Source: Candidatus Hydrogenedentota bacterium
Lineage (GTDB): Bacteria > Hydrogenedentota > Hydrogenedentia > Hydrogenedentales > SLHB01
Direction: 5' to 3'
DNA length: 64,000 nt
Assembly (NCBI GenBank): GCA_963745075.1
Contig: CAVUWV010000010.1
Location: 384,001 to 448,000 of the forward strand
This document shows, one piece after another, positions 1 through 10,566 of this stretch. Position 1 is the stretch's first letter; every line of letters starts with the position of its first letter. The notes below the pieces were generated by a model. The model was not told the origin of the DNA. It did no database searches and worked only from the letters and a program-made list of their open reading frames with translations. A program made the translations under genes and the position numbers.

Positions 1-1020
1 TCCCATTTCTTTCAACGCTTCGAGGATGCCCTTAAGTTGTTGTCCTGTAACAACGACATCAACTGCGAAAACAATTCCACTATCCAGGATGTGTCAACCG
101 GCGTCGGCATCATGGTCGTGCCCCAGGGCGGTCTCGATCAGGCCTTGTGCACCGGCTCCCTCATCAACAACCCCGATACCGCGGAATTGGAGCCCTACTT
201 GCTCACCAGTTGGCATTGCGTGCCGGACTATGTCGATGCCGACCAAGTCGACATCATCTGGGATTTCCGGTCTTCCGGGTGCAACAACAACGATCCCCCC
301 TCCCTCGCATCGCTGCCCCGAAGTGAAGGCGACACGGTGTTGACGACCAGCAACGCCTATGACCTGACCCTCATGCGCTTGCTCAGCGTACCGTCCGGCA
401 CCCTCGGGCGTACGTACCTGGGATGGGACACCCGCGACCCGGTATTCAGCGAAGATGTGGTCACCATCCACTACCCCGACGGGTCCCATGAACGCATCAG
501 CTACGGTCAAGTCGTGGCGATCGACCAGAACTCCAATGGCTTCGTGCGCGAGACCAAGATTCATTGGTACGACGGCGTCACGGAGGGCGGTTCCTCCGGC
601 AGTCCCCTGCTCCTCGTATCGTCCGGATACCGCGTCAGCGGCACCTTGAGCAACGGCACCGTCCATTCCTGCACCGACACCGCCGGAAACGTGGACTGGT
701 ACACCTCGCTCCGCGATTTCTATCCCCAAGCCGAGGGATGGCTCAGCGGCACCAATCCGCCGCCTCCTGACGACGGAACCGGCACCACCTCCACATGCCC
801 CGCCACAACGGCGTTTAAGAACAACCCGGAAATCCTCAAAAACCTTCGCGCCCTGCGTGACAACGGACTGCTCAAGACGTCCTGGGGCAAACCCCTCGTC
901 GACGCCTACTATGCGGCCGCGCCTTACCTCGCGCGCCTCGTCGACTGGTCCCCCACCGCGCGCGAAACCTTCCGCATGGCCGCCGCCCCATTCGCAGCCC
1001 TCGGCGCAAGGTACTCGTAG
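1..1020 (+). CDS. Trypsin-like serine protease (lysyl endopeptidase-like) with C-terminal CFI-box-CTERM-like domain; 5' truncated by window
   Basis: Frame open from base 1; triad motifs TSWHC, YDLTL, TEGGSSGSP; Pro/Thr linker then CPATTAF...LRALRD...GKPLVDAYY...P. Confidence 0.8.
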   Translation, partial: SHFFQRFEDALKLLSCNNDINCENNSTIQDVSTGVGIMVVPQGGLDQALCTGSLINNPDTAELEPYLLTSWHCVPDYVDADQVDIIWDFRSSGCNNNDPPSLASLPRSEGDTVLTTSNAYDLTLMRLLSVPSGTLGRTYLGWDTRDPVFSEDVVTIHYPDGSHERISYGQVVAIDQNSNGFVRETKIHWYDGVTEGGSSGSPLLLVSSGYRVSGTLSNGTVHSCTDTAGNVDWYTSLRDFYPQAEGWLSGTNPPPPDDGTGTTSTCPATTAFKNNPEILKNLRALRDNGLLKTSWGKPLVDAYYAAAPYLARLVDWSPTARETFRMAAAPFAALGARYS

Positions 1021-1181
1021 AACGAACCGAGGATTTGGAGAACAAAACGGTTTCATTGTGTGTTTTATTGAACGTACTTGATCTCGTAATCGCAATCGAA
1101 ACACTAGATTCTCACATACATAGCCCGCCTCTCGCGCCGACCGCGGCACGATGAGGGTTGACACCTCAACGGAGTCCCGCC

Positions 1182-2102
1182 ATGCAAGCCATCGCCTCAT
1201 CAATGGTTCTGATACTTCTCGCGCTCACCGCTGGATTGACGGATGCCTCCGCCACCGAGGAGGAAGAGGTCAGCAATGGCATGCGGATCACCCGTAACAT
1301 CGAATACCGCAATCCCCCGCCCGCCGAACCGAAACTCACCGCTCTCGACATCTATCAACCCCTCGACGGCGGCGACAACCTTCCCGTCATGATCTTCATC
1401 CACGGCGGTTCCTGGCGCGGCGGCGACAAGAGCTGGGAGGGCTCAAAACCCGAGTTCTTCACCTCCCACGGGTACGTATTTGCCAGCATCAACTACCGCC
1501 TTTCCCCAGAAGTCCAGCATCCCGTTCACGTCGAGGACGTGGCCCACGCCATCGCCTGGCTCCACCACCACGTCGCCGAATACGGGGGCGACCCGGACCG
1601 GATGGTGGTGCTGGGCCATTCCTCCGGGGCCCATCTCGCTGCCCTGGTGGCCATCGACCAGCGCTACCTCAAGGAGGCCGGCGACGGCCTTGCGGATATC
1701 AAGGGCGTCATCGTCCTGGACGGCGGCGGCTACGACATTCCCAAAATGGTGAACAGCGGCGAACTCTTCTCGAAACACCGGTACGAGTTCGCTTTTGGCG
1801 ACAAAAAGAGCGTCTGGATCGACGCATCACCGGTCACCCATGTGGAACCCGGCAAAGACATCCCACCCTTCCTCCTGGTCCACGCCTGGAAACGCAAAGC
1901 TTCGCGCCAACAAGCCCACGAACTCGCCGATGCCCTCCAGAAGGCCGGCTACCGCGCCGAGGTCTTCCACGAGCCCAACAAAAACCACATCACCATCAAC
2001 AGTTCCATCGGCGACGAAGGCGACGAAACCACCGCCCGCATCATGAAGTTTCTCCAGTCCATTTGGGCAGGAGACAAAACCGTGCTTAAAGCAGAGATCT
2101 GA
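1182..2102 (+). CDS. Secreted alpha/beta hydrolase (carboxylesterase, HSL/BD-FAE-like)
   Basis: HGGSW oxyanion motif, GHSSG nucleophile elbow, signal-peptide-like N-terminus; GGAG RBS at 1171 before ATG 1182. Confidence 0.85.
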   Translation: MQAIASSMVLILLALTAGLTDASATEEEEVSNGMRITRNIEYRNPPPAEPKLTALDIYQPLDGGDNLPVMIFIHGGSWRGGDKSWEGSKPEFFTSHGYVFASINYRLSPEVQHPVHVEDVAHAIAWLHHHVAEYGGDPDRMVVLGHSSGAHLAALVAIDQRYLKEAGDGLADIKGVIVLDGGGYDIPKMVNSGELFSKHRYEFAFGDKKSVWIDASPVTHVEPGKDIPPFLLVHAWKRKASRQQAHELADALQKAGYRAEVFHEPNKNHITINSSIGDEGDETTARIMKFLQSIWAGDKTVLKAEI

Positions 2103-2141
2103 AGGCCGGCGTTTGACATCCGGTTCGCGAATCAAGAGAAA

Positions 2142-2912
2142 ATGGAGCCCATGCTGACTCCCGCTGAAATCGAACAATACCACCAAGACGGATACCTCGT
2201 CTTCGAACGGCTCATCCATGGCGATACGCTCGACCGCTACCTGCGCGTCCTCCGCGATGCCTTGGCCCGCAGCCGGGATATCCCTTCCGATGCCCATTGG
2301 GCCTTCGAATTGAACGAGCACGGCATCGAACGCCCCGAACACATGCTCCACAAGATCCAAGGTGTCTGCGTGGCGCTGCCGGAAATCCTCGAACTGGCCC
2401 GCGAACCGGCTATTGTCGATCGGGTCGAATCGCTGCTCGGCCCGGATATCGACGTGTTCGGGACTAAGTTCTTCCCCTTACTGCCCGGCGGCGGAACCTC
2501 CACCCACTGGCATCAGGACAATTTCTACTTCGACACGTGGGCCGACGACATCGTCACCTGCGGCATCTACCTCGAGGACACCACCCGGGAAAACGGCTGC
2601 TTAAAGATCGTGCCCGGCAGTCACCGGGACGGTCCGCAGACCCACCAACGCGACCCCGGCTCCTACGGAAGCTGGGTGGATGTGGACGAATCCCGCGCCC
2701 TGCATCTCGAGATTCCCGGGGGAACGGTGCTCCTTTTCTCGGCCAATCTGCTCCACGGAGCGAATCCTAACCGCAGTAACCGTAGTCGATATAGTACCGC
2801 TTGGCACTATATCCCTGGGTCGATGGACCTTACCCAATTCCGCCGGGGCGAATATGAAGACCGACATACCGTGCGGTCGCTAAGTGAAAAGACGACGAGG
2901 TCCACCCCGTGA
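2142..2912 (+). CDS. Phytanoyl-CoA dioxygenase (PhyH) family Fe(II)/2OG dioxygenase
   Basis: WHQD, ENGCL..VPGSH and LLHGA.PNRS..SR motifs. Confidence 0.9.
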   Translation: MEPMLTPAEIEQYHQDGYLVFERLIHGDTLDRYLRVLRDALARSRDIPSDAHWAFELNEHGIERPEHMLHKIQGVCVALPEILELAREPAIVDRVESLLGPDIDVFGTKFFPLLPGGGTSTHWHQDNFYFDTWADDIVTCGIYLEDTTRENGCLKIVPGSHRDGPQTHQRDPGSYGSWVDVDESRALHLEIPGGTVLLFSANLLHGANPNRSNRSRYSTAWHYIPGSMDLTQFRRGEYEDRHTVRSLSEKTTRSTP

Positions 2913-2973
2913 ATGTCCGGCGGGGCGAGTCGTCTACGTCTCCAAATGCCACAACCTTTCCAGGGAGTTCATT

Positions 2974-3738
2974 ATGCGTAAGCTATTCATACTTAGTCTC
3001 TTGACCGTAACCGCGCTGGCCTGCTCCGCCGCCCGCGCCGAGGAACAAACCCTCGATTCGATCACCGACCACATTGCCACGGCCTGGGAAAAAGTGAAGT
3101 CTTATTCCGCTGACATGACCATGGATGCCACGGTTCCCATGGGGCCGGTCAGTGTCTCGTCCAAGGGCACCGGGACCGTCGAGTTCATGCTGATCGACGA
3201 TAAACCCAAGTTCCGCATGGAAATGCAGAACAAGCTCGGCGGCAACATGCCCCTCATGGGCGGCGGAATGGAACAACACATCATCAGCGTCTACAACGGC
3301 GACATGATCTACGGCGAAATGGAAGCCATGGGAATGAAAAAGTACACCAAGGCCAAGCCTAAAGCGGACGACACGCAGAGTCCGGTCGGCGGCAAAAGCC
3401 TTATCGAAAAGATGCGGAAGCAGGGCGAAGTAAAGCTGCTGCCGGATGAGCAGGTAAACGGCCTCGACACCTACGTCCTGGAAGTTAAGCCCAACAACGC
3501 CGGCCAACAGGAAGGCCCCGTCAAGGCCGAACTCATGCGGTTCTATATCGCGAAAGACTCGGGCATCCAGGTACGCACCGTCGCGATGAATGCGGAAGGC
3601 TCGCCCGTCCTCACCATCGACTACGCAAACCTCAAGGTCAATCCCGAAATCGATCCCAAACGCTTCGACTTCATGCCGCCCCCCGGCGCCGACGTCATCG
3701 ACATGGGCGACGGCACCAAACGCCCAAAGTTGTTCTAA
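2974..3738 (+). CDS. Secreted LolA-like fold protein
   Basis: Signal peptide MRKLFILSLLTVTALACSAARA; C-terminal Y.NLKVNPEID..RFDF.PP.GA.VID typical of LolA-like proteins. Confidence 0.7.
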   Translation: MRKLFILSLLTVTALACSAARAEEQTLDSITDHIATAWEKVKSYSADMTMDATVPMGPVSVSSKGTGTVEFMLIDDKPKFRMEMQNKLGGNMPLMGGGMEQHIISVYNGDMIYGEMEAMGMKKYTKAKPKADDTQSPVGGKSLIEKMRKQGEVKLLPDEQVNGLDTYVLEVKPNNAGQQEGPVKAELMRFYIAKDSGIQVRTVAMNAEGSPVLTIDYANLKVNPEIDPKRFDFMPPPGADVIDMGDGTKRPKLF

Positions 3739-3816
3739 CTGGGTTTGTTAAACGTTTGCTAGTGTCCTGAATTTTAAGTTCCGTCTCATAGATACTGCGT
3801 AATGGGTAGCGTAAAG

Positions 3817-3848
3817 TCCCCCTTTGAAGGGGGATTCAGGGGGATGTT
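3817..3848. repeat. REP-like palindrome, family A (TCCCCCTTTGAAGGGGGATTCAGGGGGATGTT)
   Basis: Near-identical copies at 32169 and inverted at 32298. Confidence 0.8.
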
Positions 3849-3954
3849 TCTTGAAGTGTTTGGATTAGATATGAACGGAATCTCGAACCCGCGACACTAG
3901 CGTCCATACCAAAGATCGCCATCGCACAGCCAACTCGGTCATGCTGATTACCCG

Positions 3955-5610
3955 ATGACACCCGAAGACACCGCCATCGCCTACCACGAAGCGACGAAGC
4001 ACCACTTCCATCGCTACGCCCGCTCGCTCGGCTACCTGGATTGGGCCAACCAACCCGATCCCTTTCGCCGTTACGTAGGCGCGCCGCTGCACAAACTCCC
4101 CCTGCATGCCGCCGACGACACGCCGCCCTACGAACATCTTTACGCGCCGGGTAAGAACCCGTCGCGCCCCGTCACCCTCGCGTCCATCGCATTGCTCTTC
4201 GAAAACAGCCTCGCCATCTCGGCCTGGAAGGAGTTTCAGGGGAACCGGTGGGCACTCCGCTGCAATCCGTCCAGCGGAAACTTGCACCCAACCGAAGGCT
4301 ATCTCGTCGCGGGTCCGATTGAAGGTCTTTCGACCTCGCCGGGCGTGTATCACTACGCGCCGAAAGAGCACGCGCTTGAACAGCGCACAACTTTCGACGA
4401 AACCATTTGCGACGCGCTCACGCACGGCTTTCCCACAGGGACCCACTTCCTGGGTCTCACCTCGATCCACTGGCGCGAAGCCTGGAAATACGGCGAACGC
4501 GCCTATCGCTACTGCCAGCACGACGTGGGCCACGCACTCGCCGCGATCCGCATCGCCGCGGCCATGCTGGGTTGGCGCGCCGCCATGCTGGACGACTTGC
4601 CGGATGCCGCCCTCGCCTCGTTGCTCGGCGTCGACCGCGAGGATGCCGGGCACGCCATGGAACGCGAATCGCCGGACCTCTTGGTGGCGATCGTTCCTGA
4701 AGCGTCCGCGTCTCAGTCTCTCGAATTGCCGGGCACGAACCGCCCCGCATTCCTGGAAGCGATCGACCGAATCGCGGCCGGCACGTGGTCCGGCACCGCA
4801 AACCGGTTGAGTGACGACTACGTCGCTTGGGAAATCATTCGCGGCGTCGAAACCGCCTGTGAGAAGCCAGTTACGCAACAGGCATCCAACGTCCACTCAT
4901 GTGATTTGCCAACCGATACCGAACCTCATTGTGGCCTCTCCGCGCATCGCATCATCCAGCAGCGGCGCAGCGCCGTTGCCATGGACGGAGAAACCGGGAT
5001 CGACCGCGGCACCTTCTACCGCATGCTGGCCCGTGTCGTTCCTTCCTGTTGTTCCGTTCCGTGGGATGCCGCGCCGCCGCCCGCATACGTACACCTCGGC
5101 ATCTTCGTGCATCGCGTCGACGGGTTGCCGTCCGGCCTCTATGCACTCGTTCGTGACGCCACGAAATCAGAAGTACTCCGCGACGCCATGAATCCGGATT
5201 TCCCCTGGACGTCGCCGGAAGGATGTCCCCCCGAATTGCCGCTCTACCTGCTCGCGGAAGGCGATTGCCGCCAGGCCGCCACCGCCGTCAGTTGTGGCCA
5301 AGACATCGCCGGCGACGGCGCATTCAGTCTCGGAATGCTTGCCGAATTCGAACCCGTCATCCGCGACAACGGCGCCTGGATGTACCGCCGCCTGTTCTGG
5401 GAAACCGGCATGATCGGGCAAGTCCTCTACCTCGAAGCCGAGGCTGCCGGCGTCCGCGCCACCGGCATCGGATGCTTCTTCGACGATCCCGTCCACGAGA
5501 TCTTCGGCCTCAGCGGCCACCAGTTCCAGTCTCTCTACCATTTCACCGTCGGCGGCCCCGTGGACGATCCCCGCCTCACCACCCTGCCGCCGTACCCACG
5601 CTCCGTCTAG
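3955..5610 (+). CDS. SagB/ThcOx-family nitroreductase-like protein with two nitroreductase domains
   Basis: YHEATKH, LRCNPSSGNLHPTEGY, REAWKYGERAYRY, QRRSA, TGIGCFFDD motifs. Confidence 0.85.
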   Translation: MTPEDTAIAYHEATKHHFHRYARSLGYLDWANQPDPFRRYVGAPLHKLPLHAADDTPPYEHLYAPGKNPSRPVTLASIALLFENSLAISAWKEFQGNRWALRCNPSSGNLHPTEGYLVAGPIEGLSTSPGVYHYAPKEHALEQRTTFDETICDALTHGFPTGTHFLGLTSIHWREAWKYGERAYRYCQHDVGHALAAIRIAAAMLGWRAAMLDDLPDAALASLLGVDREDAGHAMERESPDLLVAIVPEASASQSLELPGTNRPAFLEAIDRIAAGTWSGTANRLSDDYVAWEIIRGVETACEKPVTQQASNVHSCDLPTDTEPHCGLSAHRIIQQRRSAVAMDGETGIDRGTFYRMLARVVPSCCSVPWDAAPPPAYVHLGIFVHRVDGLPSGLYALVRDATKSEVLRDAMNPDFPWTSPEGCPPELPLYLLAEGDCRQAATAVSCGQDIAGDGAFSLGMLAEFEPVIRDNGAWMYRRLFWETGMIGQVLYLEAEAAGVRATGIGCFFDDPVHEIFGLSGHQFQSLYHFTVGGPVDDPRLTTLPPYPRSV

Positions 5611-5630
5611 GATCGCTGACCCGCGTTAAG

Positions 5631-5663
5631 GTCCATTCCGTCCATCAAGTCCATACCGTCCAT
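5631..5663. repeat. Short 9-nt-period GTCCAT tandem repeat
   Basis: gtccattccgtccatcaagtccataccgtccat; similar array near 50101-50127. Confidence 0.6.
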
Positions 5664-5735
5664 CGACCCTCAAGTGTGCTAGAATCGCCTCGCACAACCA
5701 GGTTGATTTGGCGAAGGAATCGGGGGAAGAAGGCT

Positions 5736-6779
5736 GTGACAAATCGCAAACGCGTCATCAACGCACTCGCGCCCATCCGCGTCTGCGATCTCGGCGGCTG
5801 GACCGACACGTGGTTCGCGGAAACCGGCGCCGTGTTCAACATCGGCGTCTACCCCTACGCGGAAGTGCAAGTGACTGTTTCGGAAGACGGCGCGCACGAT
5901 GAGCGCATCACCATCAACGCGGAAAACTTCGGCGACCGATACACGCTGGAGCCCGGCAAGATCACCTACGACCGGCATCCCCTCATCGAGGCCTCCATCG
6001 ACATCATGGAACTGCCCGAATCGCTGACCTTCGAAGTTGACCTCTACTCGGCCGCGCCCGCCGGCGCGTCCACAGGCACCTCGGCCGCCGTTACCGTTGC
6101 CCTGCTTGGCGCAATCGATCTGCTCACGCCCGGCCGTCGCACCCCCCACGAAATCGCGTCCCTCGCCCACCGCGTCGAAACGGAAAAACTAAAACTCCAG
6201 TGCGGTATCCAGGATCAACTCTGTTCGGCGTATGGCGGCGCATGCTTCATCGAAATGTTTCACTACCCCCACGCCTCCGTTTCCCAGATCGCCGTCCCGA
6301 ACAACGTCTGGTGGGAACTCGAACGCCGGATGGTCCTCGTCTACCTCGGCCATTCTCATTCTTCCAGCGACGTCCACGGCCAGGTCATCCACCGCCTCGA
6401 ACAAAAGGACGCCGACAAGTCCGCGCTGGAACCCTTGCGCGCCGCCGCCCACGCCGGCAAGAACGCCTTGTTCGCCGGCGACTTTAACGCCCTCGGCCGC
6501 TGCATGATCGCCAATACGGAAGGCCAGGCCGCCCTCCATCCCGGCCTCGTGTCGGACGACGCCAAGGCCGCCATCGAGCTCGCACGCAAACACAACGCCG
6601 TCGGATGGAAAGTCAACGGCGCCGGCGGTGAAGGCGGCTCGTTAACCATTCTCTGCGACGCCGACGCCGCCAACAAACGTGCCCTTCTGAGCGCCCTGCC
6701 CGAATGCAACCCCCACTACCAGGTCATCCCAACCTACCTCTCCCGCACGGGCCTCCGCCGCTGGGAAGTGGAATCCTGA
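5736..6779 (+). CDS. GHMP kinase (HddA-like sugar-phosphate kinase)
   Basis: APIRVCDLGGWTD, PAGASTGTSAA, CGIQDQ, GAGGEGG motifs; GTG start 5736 after purine-rich RBS. Confidence 0.85.
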   Translation: MTNRKRVINALAPIRVCDLGGWTDTWFAETGAVFNIGVYPYAEVQVTVSEDGAHDERITINAENFGDRYTLEPGKITYDRHPLIEASIDIMELPESLTFEVDLYSAAPAGASTGTSAAVTVALLGAIDLLTPGRRTPHEIASLAHRVETEKLKLQCGIQDQLCSAYGGACFIEMFHYPHASVSQIAVPNNVWWELERRMVLVYLGHSHSSSDVHGQVIHRLEQKDADKSALEPLRAAAHAGKNALFAGDFNALGRCMIANTEGQAALHPGLVSDDAKAAIELARKHNAVGWKVNGAGGEGGSLTILCDADAANKRALLSALPECNPHYQVIPTYLSRTGLRRWEVES

Positions 6780-6869
6780 TCGCACGCGACCCTCACGCTA
6801 ATCTTCCTCGTAATCATAATCTGCTCGTAATCGTAAATCGGAGCACAAGGAGATTAAGGAGAGTAGCGC

Positions 6870-7092
6870 ATGATCAAAGATGTGCTCGGCGCCGCAATCT
6901 TCTTGGCATGTTGTGTTCTCATTTTGCTTTTCAGAACGTCGCTTGACCGATTTCAGTCTAAGATAGGCGGGGCCATATACGTTTGTCTTTAGGACCGAGC
7001 GGTACTGTGCGGTAATGCACTTTTTCGCTGTAGTCCTTACCGCGTCTATATCGTTGTATTTCATAATCCGAATACTGGCACGAATGCTCTAG
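6870..7092 (+). CDS. Small two-TM membrane protein (~73 aa) with apparent frameshift at a G-run near 6970
   Basis: AAGGAG RBS; MIKDVLGAAIFLACCVLILLFR... continues, after removing one G, into ...MHFFAVVLTASISLYFIIRILARML*. Confidence 0.45.
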
Positions 7093-8565
7093 CGACCGCG
7101 GTGGGGATAAGAATTATCCATACCTTCCGGCCGCTCGATTCGTTGCTCTTCCTTGGCCAATAAGGCGGTGAATGCGGAAAGCAGGGCCAGGCCCGCTGCT
7201 GCCAGGAACGCCCAGTGCAATCCATTCATGAATTCAACCAACTGAGGTTCGCTGAATTGGCCGGAATGTCCTCGGTTCGTAAAGGGCGCCAGATTATAGA
7301 CAGTGGCGCCGGCAATGGCGATTCCAAACGCCATACCCACGTTGCGCATCATCGCCAGAACGCTGGAGGCGATTCCTCGAAACTCCAGGGGGGCGGCACC
7401 CATCGCGGCACTATTCATCGGACTCTGAAACATACCGGCGCCGAGACCACACACTGCCAACCGCCATACCACATCCCGAGTCTCGGCGTGCGCATCCAAC
7501 CGGCTGAACATGATCAATCCCACGGCCAGAATGAACATTCCGGTGAATCCAAGTCCCCGTGACCCGATTCGATCGGAAAGACTTCCGCTGAGAGGTCCCA
7601 CAAAAAGACTCAACACGGCAGACGTCATCATCACCAATCCCACTTTCAGAACGGGGTACTGCAAAGCATCTCTGAGGTACCAGGGCGTCAGAAAGACGAC
7701 ACTGAACAAGGCCATGAAATTCAGCAACGAACTCAAACAGGCAAACGTAAACCGGCGGTTTCTTGAAGATCGAAAGGTTCAACATGGGATAAGCAGATCG
7801 TCGTTCCGTCCGGAAAAACAGCCAGCCGAAAAACACGGAACCAATCAGCAGGCCGATACCCACGGGAGAAAACCATCCCCAAGATTCCGACCGATTGGCA
7901 TAGAGCAAGAGACAGAAAAGGAACGTAAATCCCAATAGGGCGCCCAACAGATCGATCTGCTGTTCCGATTTCCGTTCGCCGCTTGGAATCACGAAGTATC
8001 CCAACGCCAAAGCAACGACGCCAACGGGCAGGTTGATAAAGAAAATGAATCGCCAACTGAAGTATTGCGCGATAATTCCACCCAGCACCGGTCCCATCAT
8101 CAAGCCAAGTGCAATCGCGGTGGCATAAATGCCGATCGCTTTTCCCCGTTCCTGGGGAGGAAAAGCCGACGTAACGATGGCCATCCCCAAGGCCATTTGC
8201 ATGGCTATCATTAGTCCCTGGATCGCCCGGAAGAAGATTAACATCCAGATGTTCAGCGAAAGGCCGCAAAGCAGGGAGGCAAGGGCAAAACAGATCAATC
8301 CCGCCAGGAATACGACCTTATACCCGAAGATATCCCCAAGGCGGCCGTAAAACAGGATAAAGGAACAGATCGCGAGCAGATAGATCGTCGGTATCCATTG
8401 GGCCAACGAATAGTCCGCATGAAAATAGTCCGCGATGGATGGAAGAACAACATTGACAATGCTGCCGTCGATAGGGCCCATGATGACGCCCAACATCACT
8501 GCGCCCAGGATCATCCATTTAGATGATTCCGGCTCCCTATCAAGGGTCGCAGTCCTCTCAGTCAT
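7089..8565 (-). CDS. MFS transporter, DHA2 (14-TMS drug:H+ antiporter) family; split by a single-base frameshift near 7760
   Basis: ORFs 7411-8565 and 7089-7736 join as ...LNLSIFKNRRFTFACLSSLLNF if one A is removed; motifs D.SIVNV.LP, GRLGDIFG, LSDRIGSR. Confidence 0.85.
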
Positions 8566-8670
8566 AAAGACTCCTCAGCTTGGAGCGGAATACTATATGC
8601 CACACATTTCAGAGCCCCTAACGATAACTGCGAACCAATGGTTGCGCAACCACGTCGGGAAAAGGCGTCG

Positions 8671-8750
8671 GAATGTAGCGCAGGCGTCTCGCCTGCATCT
8701 TGTTCGGTTTAATCCGGTGATTCTGCAGGCGAGACGCCTGCGCTACATTC
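8671..8750. repeat. REP-like inverted pair, family B (GTAG-type)
   Basis: Perfect 27-bp inverted repeat GAATGTAGCGCAGGCGTCTCGCCTGCA; sister element at 52431-52513. Confidence 0.85.
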
Positions 8751-8958
8751 GTCCCATTCACATAGATTCTTGGTAGAGATTCCACGTTGTCCAATTGTGT
8801 TTCGTCTTCCCGCTCGTATTGGGCTTGGTTCAGCGAGAAGCGGAGTGAGAACGCTCTCGGTGCTACGTGAGTCCACCTTTTCCGCGGGAGTTTTTGCGGT
8901 AGGCGTGTCGTGCGTGTGAGAATTCCGGTCTAAGCCGAATGCCAAGGAGAAATCAACC

Positions 8959-10347
8959 ATGGTAACGAAAGTAGTAGACCTTGAGTCCCTGGACGAATCA
9001 GACGCCCAGTTGACACCGGCCTACGGACGGCGCGCCGTGACGCAATCGGTTCCCAAGTACGAGCTGCCCGATCATGAGATGGCGCCCGATTCCGCCTACA
9101 ACATCATCCACGATGAGTTGATGCTCGATGGCAATGCGCGGCTGAACCTGGCGACATTCGTGACCACGTGGATGGAGCCGCAGGCCGAGCAGTTGATGGC
9201 GGAGGCCTTCGACAAAAACCTCATCGACAAAGACGAATACCCGCAGACCGCCGCGATTGAGGAGCGCTGCATCAACATCGTTTCCAATCTGTTCAATGCG
9301 CCAAACCAGGGCGTCGGCGCTTCGGGAATCGGTTCCAGTGAAGCGGTGATGCTCGCAGGGATGGCTTTGAAATGGCGATGGCGGAGCCGGCGCCGCGCGC
9401 AAGGTAAACCCGCCGATACGCCCAATCTCGTCCTTGGTTCGAATGTGCAGGTGGTGTGGGAGAAATTCTGCCGCTACTGGGAGGTGGAGCCCAAATACAT
9501 TCCCGTGAAGAAAGGGCGTTACGTCATCACGCCGGAAGAAGTCGTCAACGCCACGGACGAAAACACCATCGGCGTGGTGGCCATCCTGGGCACGACGTTT
9601 ACGGGTGAATTTGAACCCATCGAAGCCATTCACGAAGCCCTCGCGAATCAGAATGCGAAGACCGGGTGGGAAATTCCAATGCACATCGATGCCGCAAGCG
9701 GCGGTTTCGTCGCGCCGTTTCTTCATCCCGACCTGAAGTGGGATTTTCGTTTGCCGCTCGTCAAGTCCATCAACGTCTCCGGACACAAGTATGGCCTCGT
9801 GTATCCCGGCATCGGCTGGGTCGTGTGGCGAAGCCACGAGGATCTTCCCGAGGACCTCGTCTTTCACGTCAACTACCTCGGCGGCGACATGCCGACCTTT
9901 ACACTGAATTTCTCCCGGCCGGGAAACCAAGTCGTGGGGCAATATTACAATTTCCTGCGATTGGGTCGAGCGGGGTACACCCAAATCATGACCGCCCTGC
10001 GCGACATCGCCACGGGGCTCGCCGCGAAGATAGCGGAATTGGGCCCCTTCGAACTGGTCAGTGACGGCAGTCAAATGCCGGTCTTTGCCTTCAAACTCAA
10101 GGACGAAGTCGACACGTACAGTGTATTCGACGTTTCCGACAAGCTCCGAGAATTCGGGTGGCAGGTTCCCGCCTATACGATGCCGGCCAACGCCGAAGAG
10201 GTCGCCGTGTTGCGGGTCGTCGTACGCGAAGGATTCAGTTGGGATATGGCATCCATGCTGCTCGACGACCTCCGGAAAGTTGTGGAGCACTTCAAGGGCA
10301 AGCCCGAGCATAAACCCAAAGAACCCGCGCCGCAGTTCAAGCACTGA
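8959..10347 (+). CDS. gadB: Glutamate decarboxylase
   Basis: LDGNARLNLATFVTTWME, NLIDKDEYP, HIDAASGGF, PLP lysine motif SGHKYGL. Confidence 0.95.
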   Translation: MVTKVVDLESLDESDAQLTPAYGRRAVTQSVPKYELPDHEMAPDSAYNIIHDELMLDGNARLNLATFVTTWMEPQAEQLMAEAFDKNLIDKDEYPQTAAIEERCINIVSNLFNAPNQGVGASGIGSSEAVMLAGMALKWRWRSRRRAQGKPADTPNLVLGSNVQVVWEKFCRYWEVEPKYIPVKKGRYVITPEEVVNATDENTIGVVAILGTTFTGEFEPIEAIHEALANQNAKTGWEIPMHIDAASGGFVAPFLHPDLKWDFRLPLVKSINVSGHKYGLVYPGIGWVVWRSHEDLPEDLVFHVNYLGGDMPTFTLNFSRPGNQVVGQYYNFLRLGRAGYTQIMTALRDIATGLAAKIAELGPFELVSDGSQMPVFAFKLKDEVDTYSVFDVSDKLREFGWQVPAYTMPANAEEVAVLRVVVREGFSWDMASMLLDDLRKVVEHFKGKPEHKPKEPAPQFKH

Positions 10348-10566
10348 TAAGATCCTTCCGGCAAATCCACCGAACGTGGCAGCGCGACCGCCTATATAAC
10401 GTGACGTTACGCCTGAAGAGTGCTAATATATGGGTCTAGCAGACTTTCGGGATCGATAACCCTGCGAAAGGCTCCTTCCTCGGGTCTGCAACAGGTAGTT
10501 TGTGTCTCTGTGCCATGGTGCTTTTCCGTGAGGAAACGAGCGATGACAAACCGGAGGGGCTCGATC

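Noticed and set aside
3955..5610. RiPP (azole) biosynthetic cluster around the SagB-like gene
   Set aside because: No YcaO, precursor peptide or dedicated transporter nearby; this two-domain nitroreductase commonly stands alone
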